A stretch of DNA of 64,000 bases. Source: Trichosphaerium sp. ATCC 40318 (taxonomy: Eukaryota; Protista; Tubulinea). A program made the position numbers and the translations under genes. The stretch's first letter is position 1, and each line of letters opens with the position of its first letter. Location of the stretch: assembly GCA_038496445.1 (NCBI GenBank), contig JALMLS010000062.1, positions 124,001 to 188,000 of the forward strand, read 5' to 3'. The notes beneath the pieces are model-generated. The model was given only the letters and a program-made list of their open reading frames with translations. It was not told the DNA's origin and did no database searches. Shown here piece after piece: positions 1 through 13,615 of the stretch.

Positions 1-806
1 TAAGAATATGAGCGCCTTGTAATGCTTTGATGCCTTCATCTGTTACTGAAGTGGTGGAAAGGCTAATAGTATGAACGCCTGAAAGTAGTTTTATAGCTTC
101 ATCACTGATATTACAGCGGTCAAGCTTAATGGTATGAACACCAGTCAGTGATTTGACACCTTCATCAGTTACTGAAGTGCCGCTAAGGTTAATGGTATGA
201 ACACCAGCCAGTGCTTTGACACCTTCATCTCTAATGTGTTGACAATCCGAAAGATCAATATTATGAACACCAGAAAGCGCTTGTAAGCCTTCATCTGTGA
301 TATTCTTACAGTGCTTAAGGTTAATGGTGTGAACACCAGAAAGCAATTTAACACCTTCATCTGTGATAGTCATACAGTGCTCAAGGTTAATGGTATGAAC
401 ACCTGAAAGTGATTTCATGCTTTCATCTGTAATGCTCACGCAATAAGAAAGATCAACGTTCTGAACACCAGATATTTCTTTGAGAATTATATCAGCGTGC
501 TTGCCCCTTATTTTGATTTTTGTAGATTGTACACCGCAACTATGTCTTACGAGCGCTTTTGCCTGGTCGACAGTACGCAAGGTAACGCTTTCGTATCCAA
601 TAACATCATGAATAATAGAAGCAAGCGCATTGCATGTTTGACAAGCTGCAAATCGCGCTTTTGTAGTTTTCCGTAGAATAAAAGCTAGAATCTCCGTAGG
701 CAAGTCCAAAACGCATGTTTGTGCGCTAATATGATGTTTAGCGCACTAATTAGAGTATTAAAGCGTTTACGTACCTTGGTACGTTAGTTTTAGAGGCTAT
801 CGACAT
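1..806 (-). CDS. F-box + leucine-rich repeat protein (runs off the window start; missed by the ORF track)
   Basis: ATG at 806 and one short intron give MSIASKTNVPSAQTCVLDLPTEILAFILRK (F-box-like). This is followed by ~24-aa repeats such as SGVHTINLEHCMTITDEGVKLL and SGVHTINLKHCKNITDEGLQAL, open to position 1. Confidence 0.85.
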
Positions 807-1242
807 CGTAATCAATAAATCTTTTGTTTTACCGGAGTTTGTTTTTATTTCGAAATAAAAGTCAGCTAATTTCGTGTTATTTTGTCCATGCATTTTGCGT
901 GTCAAAAGTGAGATACATACAGCACTTTATATTGCTACAAGTTCATTGAGGATGAGCCCAAAACACCGGTTCTGTTCGGTCATTACAGTAGGTACAGAAT
1001 TATCAACATTACTGTCAACCAAGAACTCCAGGATCATTGCTAAAAGCAGACCTTTGCCCGGTGTTATTGTAGGTACAGAATGCGTGCCAATTAGTTTGAA
1101 GTGCGTTAGTTGACAAGTTGAAGGTGAAAGCAAAAGCAAGGTAATGCTAATAGGAAACCTCTAAACCAGTAGCTACTACATCTCCCACTATATCGCAAAC
1201 ACGACGTCAGAGTATATTTACAAATTCTTTATTAATAAACAA

Positions 1243-4200
1243 TTACTGTGGTAGTGCCATAGTATGTATATCAGAGTAGAATGACGTTGGCGTGTATGGA
1301 ATACCAGCACCCATAGAAACGAGTACTTGCCGTCTACCAATCTTGCACATTGCATGGAAGAATCTAGGACCAGGTGGAGCACCTCCTTGCTTTACACGAT
1401 GCATTTTTCCACGTGCTATTTTACAACAATAAGTTTCAAAAAAAAAGAGACTCGTTAAAACAAGAGGTTAACGTACAGACATCAAAGATGAATAACTCCT
1501 TAGAAATAACTCCAGATAAAGCACCACCATAAGTGAATATCCTTGGGTAGTCATCACTTGGAAGCACATCTGCAGTATGCCACTAAAACATATAAGATTA
1601 AATTACTTTTCTTTGAAATTGGTTTAAAAATTTTGACTAAACAAACACGTACAGCCATGCCATGGAAGAACGGAGGAAATTGGAAAGGTATTTTCTCCCA
1701 AGACATACTATCTAATCTCAAACAGAACACTTCCTTTGAGAAATGTTCCATGCCATTCTCAGAAGAGTAACCGCCAATGAAAAACACTTTGTTTCCAATA
1801 ACAGTAGCAGAAGCTCCATCTCTTGCCGAAGGACCTTCATTCGTTGTCTTAACATTTGACCACGTGCCAGTAGCTAATCAAAATAACGTTAGTAACCTAT
1901 TGTCCCTATCAAACACTAGTATATACGTACTTGTATCCAAGCAAAGCAAGTCATCAAAGAAGTCTTCTGGAACAATTGTCGAACCACCAAAGATATAAAT
2001 TTTGTGATCCTTTGTAAAAACTGATTGGAATGATCTTGGTGCTGGTATATCTCCGTCACATTTCATCTTTTCCCATGTTGATGTTGTACTATCAAAAACA
2101 TGTACATCATTGAAATAACGCTCATCATTTTCTCTTGGTTTGAAGCAGCACGAACCGCCAAAGATGTAAAGTTTTTTGTCTAAAAAAAGAAGAACAAAGT
2201 AAGAAATCTCATCAATCTTATCGCTTTTTGACGGCTTTACTTACTTATTGCAACAGCTGAATGTCCTGATCTTGCACAAGGAGTTTCTTCAGTTGATTTG
2301 CAGAGCGCCCAACTCATAGTGCTAAGATCCAAAATGCGTAAATCGCCATAATATTTTTTTTCTTGGCTATTCTCAAAGTATCCACCAAAGACGTATACTT
2401 TACCGTCAATATATGTCATACTAGCACCAGAACATTTCTCTGGACCATCTCCAGATGTTTGTAGAGCGCCAGGCCAAGATACTAGATTACCAAGTTGAGC
2501 TACTTTCTATTAAATGGTTAGTGCTTAGAACACAAAAAAAAATGGAAAAGAATTCGAAAATGGAATTAGCGTTCGTACTTTCATTTTCTCTTCTAGTTCT
2601 TCTTTTGTTTGTTTAACTTTTGCTGGCTTTAATGTAGGCATTTTTTCTTGAGGTATAACCTCGTTAACAACCCATTTGCCAGTCAAAGGATTATACGCAA
2701 GAGGGTAAGCAACAAGGTAATCCTTGTCTTTAATAGGTATATCTAAAATCAATGCAGGTTCATTATAATGGCCCATAAAGTACAATTTGATTTTAATCGA
2801 ATCTAGTAGGACACATAAGTACAAATCAGTCACAATAGAGCGCTGTTGTGCAACGTGAAAGGTGCGCAAAGGAAAAAACCGACTTACCTTCAGCTGGGCA
2901 CTTAACTTCCAAAACAAAGTCGTCACGTCTTTGTTTAAGTGCTACCTTCGTTTTATCATCCTTTAAGTATTCCACTCCCTCCATAAAAGTAGCAGCAATG
3001 TTTGTATCATCAATACCTAACCAATCTTCGTCAGAAAAAGAAAAAAACCCGAAACTTATAAAACTACTAACCAGTTACTGTTAGCGCAATCTTATCTCCT
3101 TTCTTTTCGTAATTGACACGGAGAAGTCTTTTGAGTATAAAAGGTGGTATCTCTAACCCAAGTTCCTTCATGATAGCGATCATCAAGTCATCAGTTTTTG
3201 TAAAAACACGAATTTTTGATAGCCTATCAAGTGGCGTTTTCTGTAAATTACAAATCGCCAAGGTTTCGTTTGTTCCAACTATAAAAAACATACCATAAGC
3301 ACATTATCGAGACAGTACTATAGATTACCTTTTTTAGGCATCCAGCATGCTGGAGATACTGTCAATGAAGAGCCAAGTACAAGCATAAAGTCACACTGTT
3401 CAGTGTTTTCCCATGCGTATCCAATTACTTTCTCTGGTAGAGACTCACCAAAATTAACAATAGAATCTTCCAATTCACCATAGCACCTTGATATTGTAAT
3501 ATTAGTACACAACACAAACATGCACGTGGGATCGAAGAAAACAGAAGAAAGGTACCCTGGTACAGAGCATATTCTGCCTGTTTTATGATCCTTAACGGAT
3601 ACAGCGTAGCTGGCAGTAGCGTCAAAGTCGCGTATGTACTCTTTACCGCATTTAGAGCACTTTTCTAAGTTGGTATTGCCGTGCAGTTCTGCAATCTACG
3701 CACTGTAAGCAAAAAAGAAGGAAAAAAAAAGCAAAAAACAAGAAAAACAGTTTAATGCTTGAAATTGTATTCGTACGCGAGACGGTTTAATACCAGTTTT
3801 GCGGTGAATTCCATCACAGTTTTGGCTGATGAGGAGTTTTAAAAGTCCTTCGTCTTGTAATTTAACTAAAGCCATATGTGTGGGCGTAGGCATCGCTATT
3901 GAAAGGGTTAATAACAAGCGTGGTGTCAGAGTTTCAGCGAATACCTTTTAACGTCCCAACAACAGGTTTAGTACGCTTACCGCCTGTCGCAGCAAGCGTC
4001 CATACGCCCTCAGGACCTCTGTAATCAGGGATGCCTTAAAACAACATTAACAACAATTTCTTTACTTCATAACGCGTTTTATACTTACCAGCTGCAGTAC
4101 TAATACCAGCACCTGTAAAAACACAAAAATGTTTTGCCTTACGAATCAAATCCGCTATTTGCTGAGCCTATGTATATTATAAGCGTTTTTACGACGTATT

Positions 4201-4286
4201 TAGCAATAAACCTTTTCTGTAACGCTTTCTATAGCTTCATTTCTCTCAATAAGTTGTTCTGGATCTGCATGTGCGGTCCAAGCCAT
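1243..4286 (-). CDS. Class IV (SIRT6/7-like) sirtuin fused to a C-terminal Kelch beta-propeller, multi-exon
   Basis: Sirtuin motifs: [90 protein letters not shown] domain follows, then intron 2507-2578 splices in frame to Kelch repeats (VYVFGG, IYIFGG, ARSGHSA, PRSFQS). Stop at 1243-1245. Confidence 0.85.
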
Positions 4287-4554
4287 TGCTATAATGTTTT
4301 AAAGTGTTTGTATTAGTTGTGTTTTATTTTTATCGTCTTGTACTTGTCACAGGGACGGAGTTCTGTTTGTTGAAAGTAATTACTTTTATTGAATTTGAGA
4401 GGGTCTTGGAGACGATTCTACGTATGTAACATCGTAGCTACTAACTCCTCTGCAACAGAACTTGTTGTACTGCAACACTAGATCGATTCTCAAGATTTTT
4501 TTGTTTTTGTGTATTTCATTGTTTGCTATTCCTTTTACAGTACAACGTATTATT

Positions 4555-6635
4555 TTAATTACCACCATCAAGGTATTTGCCCATACCAAACATATTCCTA
4601 TTAACCTTTTAGACAGTCTACAAAAAAAAGCAAAATGTGTGCATGATAAAAACGCACCTCATGGCGAGTTGACCTGCAGCCGGTCCGAAACCAACCAATT
4701 TAATAAACACTTTATCTAAAGCAAGTAGTGAGACTTAGAAAAGGGTGCAGAAAAACAATAAACAGTAAAACGGTTACAAACTCTGAGCATTACTACGTAC
4801 CGTTTTCGCCACAAATTTGAAACATAAGTTCGTTTGCAAAGTACTTATCTGCTTCTTTTAATGACATGAGGAAAGGTATGAGCTTGTTTCCCATACAAGG
4901 ATAATCCTTTTGAGCTGTCCTAAAGACCACAAATCAGTTTTTTGAGGAGCAGTCTACTTTTATGCGTACTCTACGGCTGGTTTTCCTACTTCTAACTCAA
5001 GTTCTACGCCCAAATCGCGATGAGGAAACATTTTCTCCAAAAAGTACCGTTGTGCAGGTACAAAATTGTGTGCAATACAACACAAGAGCATAAGTAGTTG
5101 AATAGGACATTCGCTACGATAAGGTAAATACAAAATGACTTTGCGTAGTGCGTAGAATATTTACGCACTTTGGAATTCTTTCTAATGTTATTTCCAATAG
5201 CTCCATTAGCGCTCCGAGTGTTTTCTCACTCTGGGAGATACCTTTTGGTTGTAGAATGATTGTGATAAACTTTGTTGGGATGTTCAGGAAACAGTTAACA
5301 ACCTAGAAAACATGGATTAGAGTCAAGTATAATACAACCAAGCGAATGGTAAAGATGTAGATTGAACTTGTTTTTTGATCCCAAAACACCTCTTTGTACC
5401 TGTTCTTTGTATTGTAACACCTCAACATGCTTTTCTGTAGCATAAAGTACTTGCAAAGATGATTTGATCAACCTAAGTCACCCATCAACGCCAAAAAATC
5501 TACCGACGAGAAAATAAAGAGAATACTTACGACTCAAAATTTGGTACAACTTTTTCATACGATTCTTTTTCTCCCTAAGCTTGTGTTAACAACCCAATTA
5601 CAAAAATGCATTATACTCACCTTAGCTAATGCGCCTAGACTCACAGTGAGGTTAAAAACAATGCGTAGCACCTCAAAAAGTGCTTTCGGCCGCTTTGCAG
5701 GGAATTCTTTTACCAGTTTTTCAAAGTACTACAAATCAGACTTAGAACGACTAAACACGCGATAAAAATAACTTACAACGCCAATAATCTGCAAACAGCC
5801 AAGTTCTTGTAATTTTTTGACAGAAGCCTGGTATACTTCTTCTTGCTTTGGAAATGATACTAAGCAAAGCAATCGCGCATGTGCAAATAATACTTCATCA
5901 TCATAAGCACTTGTATCCTTCACAAAGTAAGTTAGAATTTTGCGCATATTTTTTTTTGAGAGAAAGAAAAACTCGATGTCTTTCTTAGTTTTTCCTTACC
6001 TTGAATAAGTTTAACACTGACGTGACTCCATCCATATCCATAAAAAATTGCATACAATCCATCTCGCTTCCATTCATATGTATCATTACAACGCACTTAG
6101 CAGCTTCTTTCATTATTATTGGAACAAATTTAGGATTTGCAATATCTAGTCCACTCCATTTCATGCAATGGCGATAAAACTATATCACGGCATTAGCTAA
6201 TTTTTTTTGATAGCTCAGCAGCACAATACGTACAGTCTTGGTAAAAATGGGATCACTTTTTCGGGTTTCCCTTGATAGCGTCTTTAAACTAGCAAAAACA
6301 AGGGATAATTCTAGGGTTTGGCGTCAAAACGCGTATGGACTATTAGCGCGGACCTTTGTCGTTGGTTTCATCCAAAGTGTAAACTATTTTCATCAAATGA
6401 TTGACAAGCGTTTCTTTGATGTCTATGCCATAGCGTGGTATGAATCGCATAAACTCTAATAATGTAAGGCGAGGCTTCTGTGAAAGAACTTACTCTCGTG
6501 CGCATCAACGAACGCTTGGAGTGCAGAAACGCGCTCTGGAGTTTGTGGTGATGTATCTAGGATGTTCTGGAGGTAGTTTACTTGGTCTGTTTCGTTAACA
6601 TCCGCAGTAGTGTCTAAAGGACCTTGCACCGCCAT
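4555..6635 (-). CDS. RIC8: Ric-8 (synembryn) G-alpha GEF/chaperone, multi-exon
   Basis: The spliced C-terminus reads LKEADKYFANELMFQICGEN..VFIKLVGFGPAAGQLAMR, matching the Ric-8 ELLFxLC / GYGNAAG motifs. ARM-like helical exons lie upstream; ATG at 6635. Confidence 0.8.
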
Positions 6636-7920
6636 GATTGCTTTTCCTTGAGCAAAATTAACCTCTATCCGTTATTTATGATTCTTTAATTAAATATATA
6701 GGTGTAAAGCGCACTAAAGGAGCGCAGGTGGTAGCAAACGTAATGTTTCTGATTTTTCTGCTGTACTAGTTAAAACGTACCCTTTTAGAACCTAGCAAAC
6801 TACAGATAAGTGCCAATCACTCTTATCTTGAACAATAAAGCTACAAAAAAATAGTCAAACTTTGTTCTCATTTGATTAAAGTCCAACGGTTTAATATTGT
6901 CACCAAATGATGTATAAATCCTTTTACGTGCGTTAAATAAGGAAATAAGAATGCTAAACAAAGGTTACTCATTTTTTTTAGCTGCTGGCGTATTTGGTCT
7001 GCGTATCTGTTGTGCTTGCGCATAATCATGGCTCTGGAACTCCTAAAAAAAGAAGTGGAGCAAGAGAACACGTACACGTTAATGGAGGTCAATAAACCGC
7101 TTTCAAAAAGTTGTCTTATGGCGTGCAGGGTACAGAAAAGGAGAAGGACTTCACATGCAATGCAAAGACGCCAAAGGAAAATGGGGAAAAGGCCCAAAGT
7201 GTCAAGAGGTATAAGACAAGCGATTTGCGCCGTTTTTATACCCAACAATTAAACTGCTTTTTTTTTTATTAGACAGGCGAAGAAATGACGTTTCCTTTTG
7301 GCCAAGATAATGCAGACGTGCACTTGGATTTTGGAGCATGATGGAGACTATGAGCATTTTTCTCGGTTAATCGATCGCTCAGGTACTCTCTGTTTGTAGT
7401 GTTTAATAATGGCTCCATTAATGCGTTATACATGTTAGTCGTGCTTCTTTAAGGGGCTAACAAAATGTTGTAGACAACTGGCAATGTCGGTTCAAAATGT
7501 CGCCAAAAATGGAATTTTGGATACCTTTTTATATCCCTATTTGGGGCATTGTAGAACGTACTCATATTCATATTAACTCACATATAAATTTTATATTCCA
7601 TACAAATCCTCGCAACGTACTCATGGGTGCAACTGCGTATCCTGGTAAGCAATAAAACAATGTAGAAAAAAAACCTCGAGAAAAAAACTGATAATTTCGT
7701 AAAAACAAATAACACTAGCGTGTTTTCTTTATTGTTGCTCAGTCAGGGAGACCTACAAAAGGTAGCTCAATAAAATGTAAGTATGATCTTAACAGGTTTA
7801 TCATTTTTATCCAAGTTTTGCCCATAGTTAATTTAGAGTACAGTTTAATTAGGTAGGTTGTACATTTATTTACAAAGTTATCTTACTTTTCCAGCCACAC
7901 CTCTGCTATGCGCTGTTGAT

Positions 7921-10150
7921 TCACATTTCGTTCGTCATTTGTCGAGTTTTCATTATTTCGAAAAGCATAGTGCATTTCTGACACACTGGTTTCGGAATAA
8001 CACCGAGCATTATTAATACTGAGAACATGATACATCCCATACAAATAGAAAAAACTGCTTCTAACCCTACTGCAATACAAAGCGAACTCAAGAACTACAT
8101 CAAAACACAATAAGACTAAGGAAAAAAAAAAGGTTCACGTGCCAGGTATGTAATATCCTTGGTTGTTGTGTATCGCAGTACTATAGCTACACTCACAAAA
8201 ACAAAGCCTACAAACTGTGCAAAACGCTTAGGAGGACCAGGCTTGTAACTAGGGAGCGATATGATTTTGTACAAAACTGGCTTTGCAACATATAGCACGA
8301 ACCATGCCTTGTACTCCAATGTTAGTAAACCCGTAGGTATACATTGTTTAAATGTACCTCTGGTGATAGTTTAGGACCGAATGTAGCTCGAAGTAGAAAT
8401 CCAGAACAGATCCACATTAGTAGATAAGGAAAATTAAGTGTGTAGTCTAAAATGATTGCAACAAATATTTCTAACAATAAAAGGACTGATTTTGCCCTGA
8501 CCAAGTGCGAGTCTACAGGATGTGGATATTGAAACCAATCGGATAATTTCTTTGGTGGGTTAACCCATATAGGCAGCTCCTATATATATGTTAAATGTAT
8601 CCATGTGCAAAGGATTGGTAAGAGTGTCACGTACTATTTGAGCTGCTAGATCAATATCCTCTGACCCAAATGTTGTACATTTAACTCTGCCTTTTTTAGC
8701 ATCAACACTTAGTTTAACAACACTAGAACTCTTCAAAGATTCAGCTATTATTGATTCTCTGGTTACTTCCCCGTTTTTGATCATTATACTCGAAAATATC
8801 AGCAGTATAAACTGAAGTACAACAACGACGCTTTCTGAGAAAAAAGTTAATTTAATAGCACAATGTTTCTTCATGCCTGTCATTATGTAGAATGCTAAAC
8901 GTCTTTCGATTATGTTATATTGCAAGAGTAAGGAAATTAATATGCTAAATGAAAGGAGTGCTATGCCACAACTTGTAATCAGCGGAAGAATTACTACGTT
9001 TTGAATGAATAGTTCTCTTTTCTGTTGCAAAAAACAATCAGTGTTATGTTGTCAAATTTATTCACTCACGTTGTCTTCATGTAGAAGTTTCATGCTTGAT
9101 GCGTTTAAATAAGCAATAGGATATAGAATAAAAGCCATCGATACCAGCAGTAGAGCGCATGCAATGCTGAAAACCCAAAGATGTGACATGTTTGGCAGCA
9201 AAACCATCTTGAAGTGTTAGTGTCACTGTTTAAAAAGTTAAATTATATCGCACCAACAGCGGAGCTACCAATGAAAGACTTAATAAGATAAGTACTATTG
9301 GAATGGAGATAAGGCATGCTTTGTGGATGTTGATATGTATTTTTTTTGAATCATGAAATTGGCTCCTATTAATCTTTATTTAAATTTGGTTTTCCTTCAA
9401 AACGTACCAGAATGGCACAAGTGCAGCGAAAGCAGCTAATGTTAAAAATCCCGATATGTTCCACAGCCACTCATTAAGTGGTTTAGGAAGGTCATTTGGA
9501 ACTCCAAAGATCCGTAAACAGGAGAAAAAGACAAACACTGTACAAAAGTTAATATGATCTTTTTTCTGTTGTACAAGTTGAAAAGAACCGGAGTTGTTTA
9601 TTGACAATAAAGTGTAAATTGTGTCTGACTAGCGCACCTAAAGAAGAAGCAAAAGAGAAGCCAAGGGTATTGTGGCCAAAGACTACGCTTCCGCTACGTA
9701 GAAACCTAATGTTGTGTCAAAACAACAATAAAAAAACCACGTTTTTTTCGGCGTCGGTTCGTACCTTACAAGGATCTTACACGCCAATCCAATTGTAACA
9801 AACAAGAACGACAATAGTACTATCGAATAATAATACTTGAGTGCCAAATGCCATGAGTCTTTGCACCCAGCGGTTCCGTAACGCGGACAGCAAACTATGG
9901 TCCTATTCATTGCATACAAAAAACCATTAGGCCTAATAAGGGAAGTTAAGTTGTATTAAATTAACGAACTTGGCGGAGTTTCCTAGATGCTCAACAACTT
10001 CTGAAACCACAAAATAAGTCTTGTCGTTTTGCCAATTGTGTGCTGAATTTTTTTTTCGAATACGGCCGGGAGGTGACTTATTCCATGTCTATAAGCCACT
10101 AATTTAGCAACTGTTTGATCCAATGTGTCACAATGAAGATTTTTACGCAT
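7921..10150 (-). CDS. Multi-pass (7TM-like) membrane protein with C-terminal DUF4395 domain; start approximate
   Basis: A Cys-rich CCPRYGTAGC segment and several hydrophobic exons are joined by in-frame intron 8580-8634 to FQYPHPVD..LLRATFGPKLSP..GPPKRFAQFVG..LEAVFSICMGC..IPKPVCQKC, a DUF4395 pattern. Confidence 0.7.
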
Positions 10151-10269
10151 TTGACGCCTCACCGAGGTAGTGGTACGCGATTTAAATGTGCATTTCACTA
10201 ATACAACTAAAAACGCTCAAAATCGCGTGTTTAGGCTCTAAAATGTATGTATTACATATTAATACATTG

Positions 10270-11981
10270 TTTTAGAAAAATACCGGTTGTACTCCACACA
10301 AATACCCACACGCAAAAAACAGGGTCACTGGCTATCACAACAAAACCAGAAAGACTTTTTTGAGCAATTAAAAGATGTATTTGGCATAAAAGACCTTGAT
10401 GACTGGTATAATATACGCTGGCAGGACGTTGTAGATAATGGTGGCAAAGGAGTACTTGCACGGTAACGTCTAACCGCAAAATTCAATCATTCCAAAAACC
10501 AAAATCCGAGCGATTTTTGATTTTCTTTTAAATCTCGTTCAGGTATGATAATTCACTTGCAAGTGCGTTAAAATCAGTATATCCAAGTCATAATTGGCGT
10601 GTATGGTGTTTTAAGTAAGCTTAGATGAGATTAAAGCCTGGAATTTAATTTAAACTAGATCAGTGCCTGCAGGGTTTTGGAATACAATGAAAAATCAGCA
10701 AAGTCTTTTTAACGATATGGCACAAAGCTTGAATTATAAGATATTAGATGATTGGCATAATATAACTCTTACGGCTATAGCTGAAAGAAACGGTGGAGGG
10801 CTTCTATATAATAGGTACGTTAGATCTAACGGCATTGACACGAATTCATTGAATTAACTTTCAGGTTAGATACTGTAATTCTCCTGTAGCAGCTCTTCAA
10901 GCTATTTACCCTGAGCACCCATGGCGTTTGAATATGTTTAGGTATACAATTTAAAACATCTAGAATGTTAGGCTCACTTCTAAAAAAGGCAATCTCCTCA
11001 ACAACAATATTCACGTGGTCATTGGGGAGATCAAGATAATGTTCTTAACTTTATCCGAAGTACGGAGTTTTGTTTTTCGTTTTCTTCTTCGATTTCTTGC
11101 AAGGGTTTATGGTTTCTAATGCATGTATTATTGTAGCTGCTGAACAAGAGCTTGGTATTAGTAGAATAGATGAATGGTATAGAGTATCTCAAGATCAAAT
11201 TAAAAGAGTCGGTGGAGGTGGTTTACTTCATTATTACCCTGGTATTCTTCAACAATATTATCCTGAAGAGGATTGGCACTTTACAGAGTTTTCCAGACAA
11301 GAAAAAAAGTCGACACAGAGGTGCATGCTCAAGGCAGACAATTGAAACAAACATTTTGGTTTTTTTTCGTTCATTCTGTTGTTCTAACAAGTGAGACGTA
11401 CTTAGACTGTTATGTGTTGGGGTAAAGTATGCTCTACCAAAGTATGATGTATTAGAGGAGTATTGTATAACTGATGATGATGTGATGGGCATGTATATTG
11501 TTGTAGACGTGTATGTTCCAGAGTTGAAGTTAGCTCTTGAATATCAAGGTACAAAAACCTTTTATAGTAATGTTAAAGTATGACGTTATGCACTAGGAGA
11601 GCACCATTATCATGATGTAAATATATCACGATTTCAACCTGCTTCAGTTCAACGTGATCGTGATATTAGGAAACGACAGATTTGTAAAGAAATGGGTTAG
11701 ATTTTGAGAATTTGGTTTAGTACTAGTGATATTCTAATTAGTTGTTAGGCATAACTGTAATTGCCATACCCTATTGGTGGAAAGGTGATAGAGATACAAT
11801 ATCAGCAACAATAGCACACTACAGGTAAGCACTCGAAGTAATTTTTTTCATTCTTTAAAACTGCGTTTTCAAAGACCTAAAAACTTTGTTTGTTATAAAC
11901 CCTTACATGTTGCTCAGGCCTGATATAATGTTGGATGTACCAGAAGGCATTCCACCTTTATTGGAATCGTCTTTCCGATAG
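10270..11981 (+). CDS. Helical-repeat protein with C-terminal PD-(D/E)XK (RAP/Vsr-like) nuclease domain; start not resolved
   Basis: Three repeats of the type GHW..QKDFFEQL..FGIKDLDDWY..GGKGVL..Y..SL..AL..VYP..W precede DVYVPELKLALEYQGEHHY..RDIRKRQIC..GITVIAIPYWW. Confidence 0.75.
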
Positions 11982-12045
11982 CATATGCTATAAATCCCAC
12001 GAAGTGTATAATAAACATGTAAAAACTTTCCACAAAAAGATAAGT

Positions 12046-13615
12046 TTATTGAGATGCACACAAATCATATTTTGCGTTTGGGAATACGACGTATCCGTAT
12101 GACTGAGGTTTTACAGTAAACGAAGAACCTGCGCTCACTAAAGGTGTAATTGTAGGTAAATTATCGCCATTCATTTTGAGCAGATTACCATTGAGATACA
12201 TGTCTCTAGATAATAGTTCCTTTGATGAGAAAAAATAATCGTTTCTTGTTTCAGTTCCCACTAGCCCTTCAATTGTTACTTCAACACTTTCGCTAGGATT
12301 ATTATTAAGTACAGCAAAAGCTACACTTCCTGGAGCTACCAAACCGCAATGAGCATAGATGTGGAAGTCATCAGAAGGGACCAACTTCAAACCAAGAACA
12401 CGTGGTCCCATAAACTTTTTCCATAAAAGTCCTGTGTAATAATCTGGGTTCGGCTCAAATGTGTTTGTGTCAACAAGCTCATAGTGACAACCAACAAAAC
12501 TCTGTCTATTAAAAGCGGCATGACCAAGGTTAGATAATTGACCAAGAGCGTCAAGGTAGTAAAAGCCATCTGAAAATGTGTTTGAAATGTTTGGAAGTCC
12601 GCCTCCATTATGAGGACCACCTTCGCCTAGCCAAACTGGTATTGGTGGTTTATGTTTATCAGCTATAGCTTTCATACTTTTACCTTGTGTTAAAGTCTGC
12701 TCTATGAAACCAGGAGCTGGTTTCTCATCGTAAGAGTGGTAGACCAAATCGTCCAAATATCTAAACATTGAGTCAGAGAAATGGGCTCCATGAAAAGTAT
12801 GTGGAAGTTTTCAGGTTCGACGTACCCGAGTGTAGCATTGATAAATGTATCCATCCATGATAAGTGAGTGAACTGGCTCATGCCAGGGCAAGGACCCATC
12901 AATCTAGGCTGTGATACGCGTCCAGCCCAAGTAACTTCAATAATTTCTTTACACTTCTTATACGCCGCAACATAGTTTGTAAAGTGCTCTGTGCCAAGGG
13001 AAGGTTCCATTTCTTCACCTAATTCTATACCGTACATTGTATATCCTTGTTTAGCTGTGTATTTTAAGAACGCTTCTGGGTTTGTATAGTCCCAAGCAGT
13101 CTCGCCAATCACTGGATAAGATAACCCAAAAATCAACTTCAAATTTGTTTCCTTTACGAAATCGAGTACCTCAACCCACCTTGTCATGTTCAAGCAATAT
13201 TTTGGGTCTGGGCACGTGACATTCTCATTTACTAGATACGTTATTTTCTTATCTAAAGAGCCACCTATACGAAGGAAACCAGGTGAAAACGCTTTTGCCA
13301 AGTTTTTCAGCTTTTGGCTCTTTAAATCGAGTGTAAGTATTCCAGCAGTTCCCCAACCGTTTGGTTTACATCCCTAACTGAGTTTTAGGACACATTTATT
13401 TGGATTCGTTTAACGAAATACTTACGCCGTCTTTAGGCCACCAGTCCAGCGTAAACGAAGCGAATTCTAATCAAAACCGTTTAAAAAAAATGAGTTAAAA
13501 ACTAGAACCCACCTGGCAACGTGTTTGCGATAACTTGGCCTACAGAGACAGATACTTGAGGAGAGCAATAAATTAACGCTAACAACGCAAGAAATGCCAA
13601 TACACGAAGCGTCAT
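12046..13615 (-). CDS. Glycoside hydrolase family 79 (heparanase-like), secreted
   Basis: Signal peptide, FASFTLDWW, LRIGGSL, IELGEE, VWLGEGG, YLDALG, RQSFVG, PNPDYYTGLLWKKFMG and YAHC motifs. The frame change at ~12760-12825 is explained by a GT-AG intron. Confidence 0.9.

Noticed and set aside
927-1139. Short minus ORF with a LILNELV motif (histidine-kinase-like) and a duplicated GTAGGTACAGAAT
   Set aside because: It is too short, lacks an ATG and has no further kinase motifs; chance or an unidentifiable remnant.
7010-7520. Purine-rich plus-strand ORF with an intron-like segment
   Set aside because: Every splice frame I tried stops quickly and I recognise no family; it is possibly a decayed gene.
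12702-12830. Apparent frameshift in the GH79 gene
   Set aside because: A canonical GTACGT...TTTAG intron explains it.
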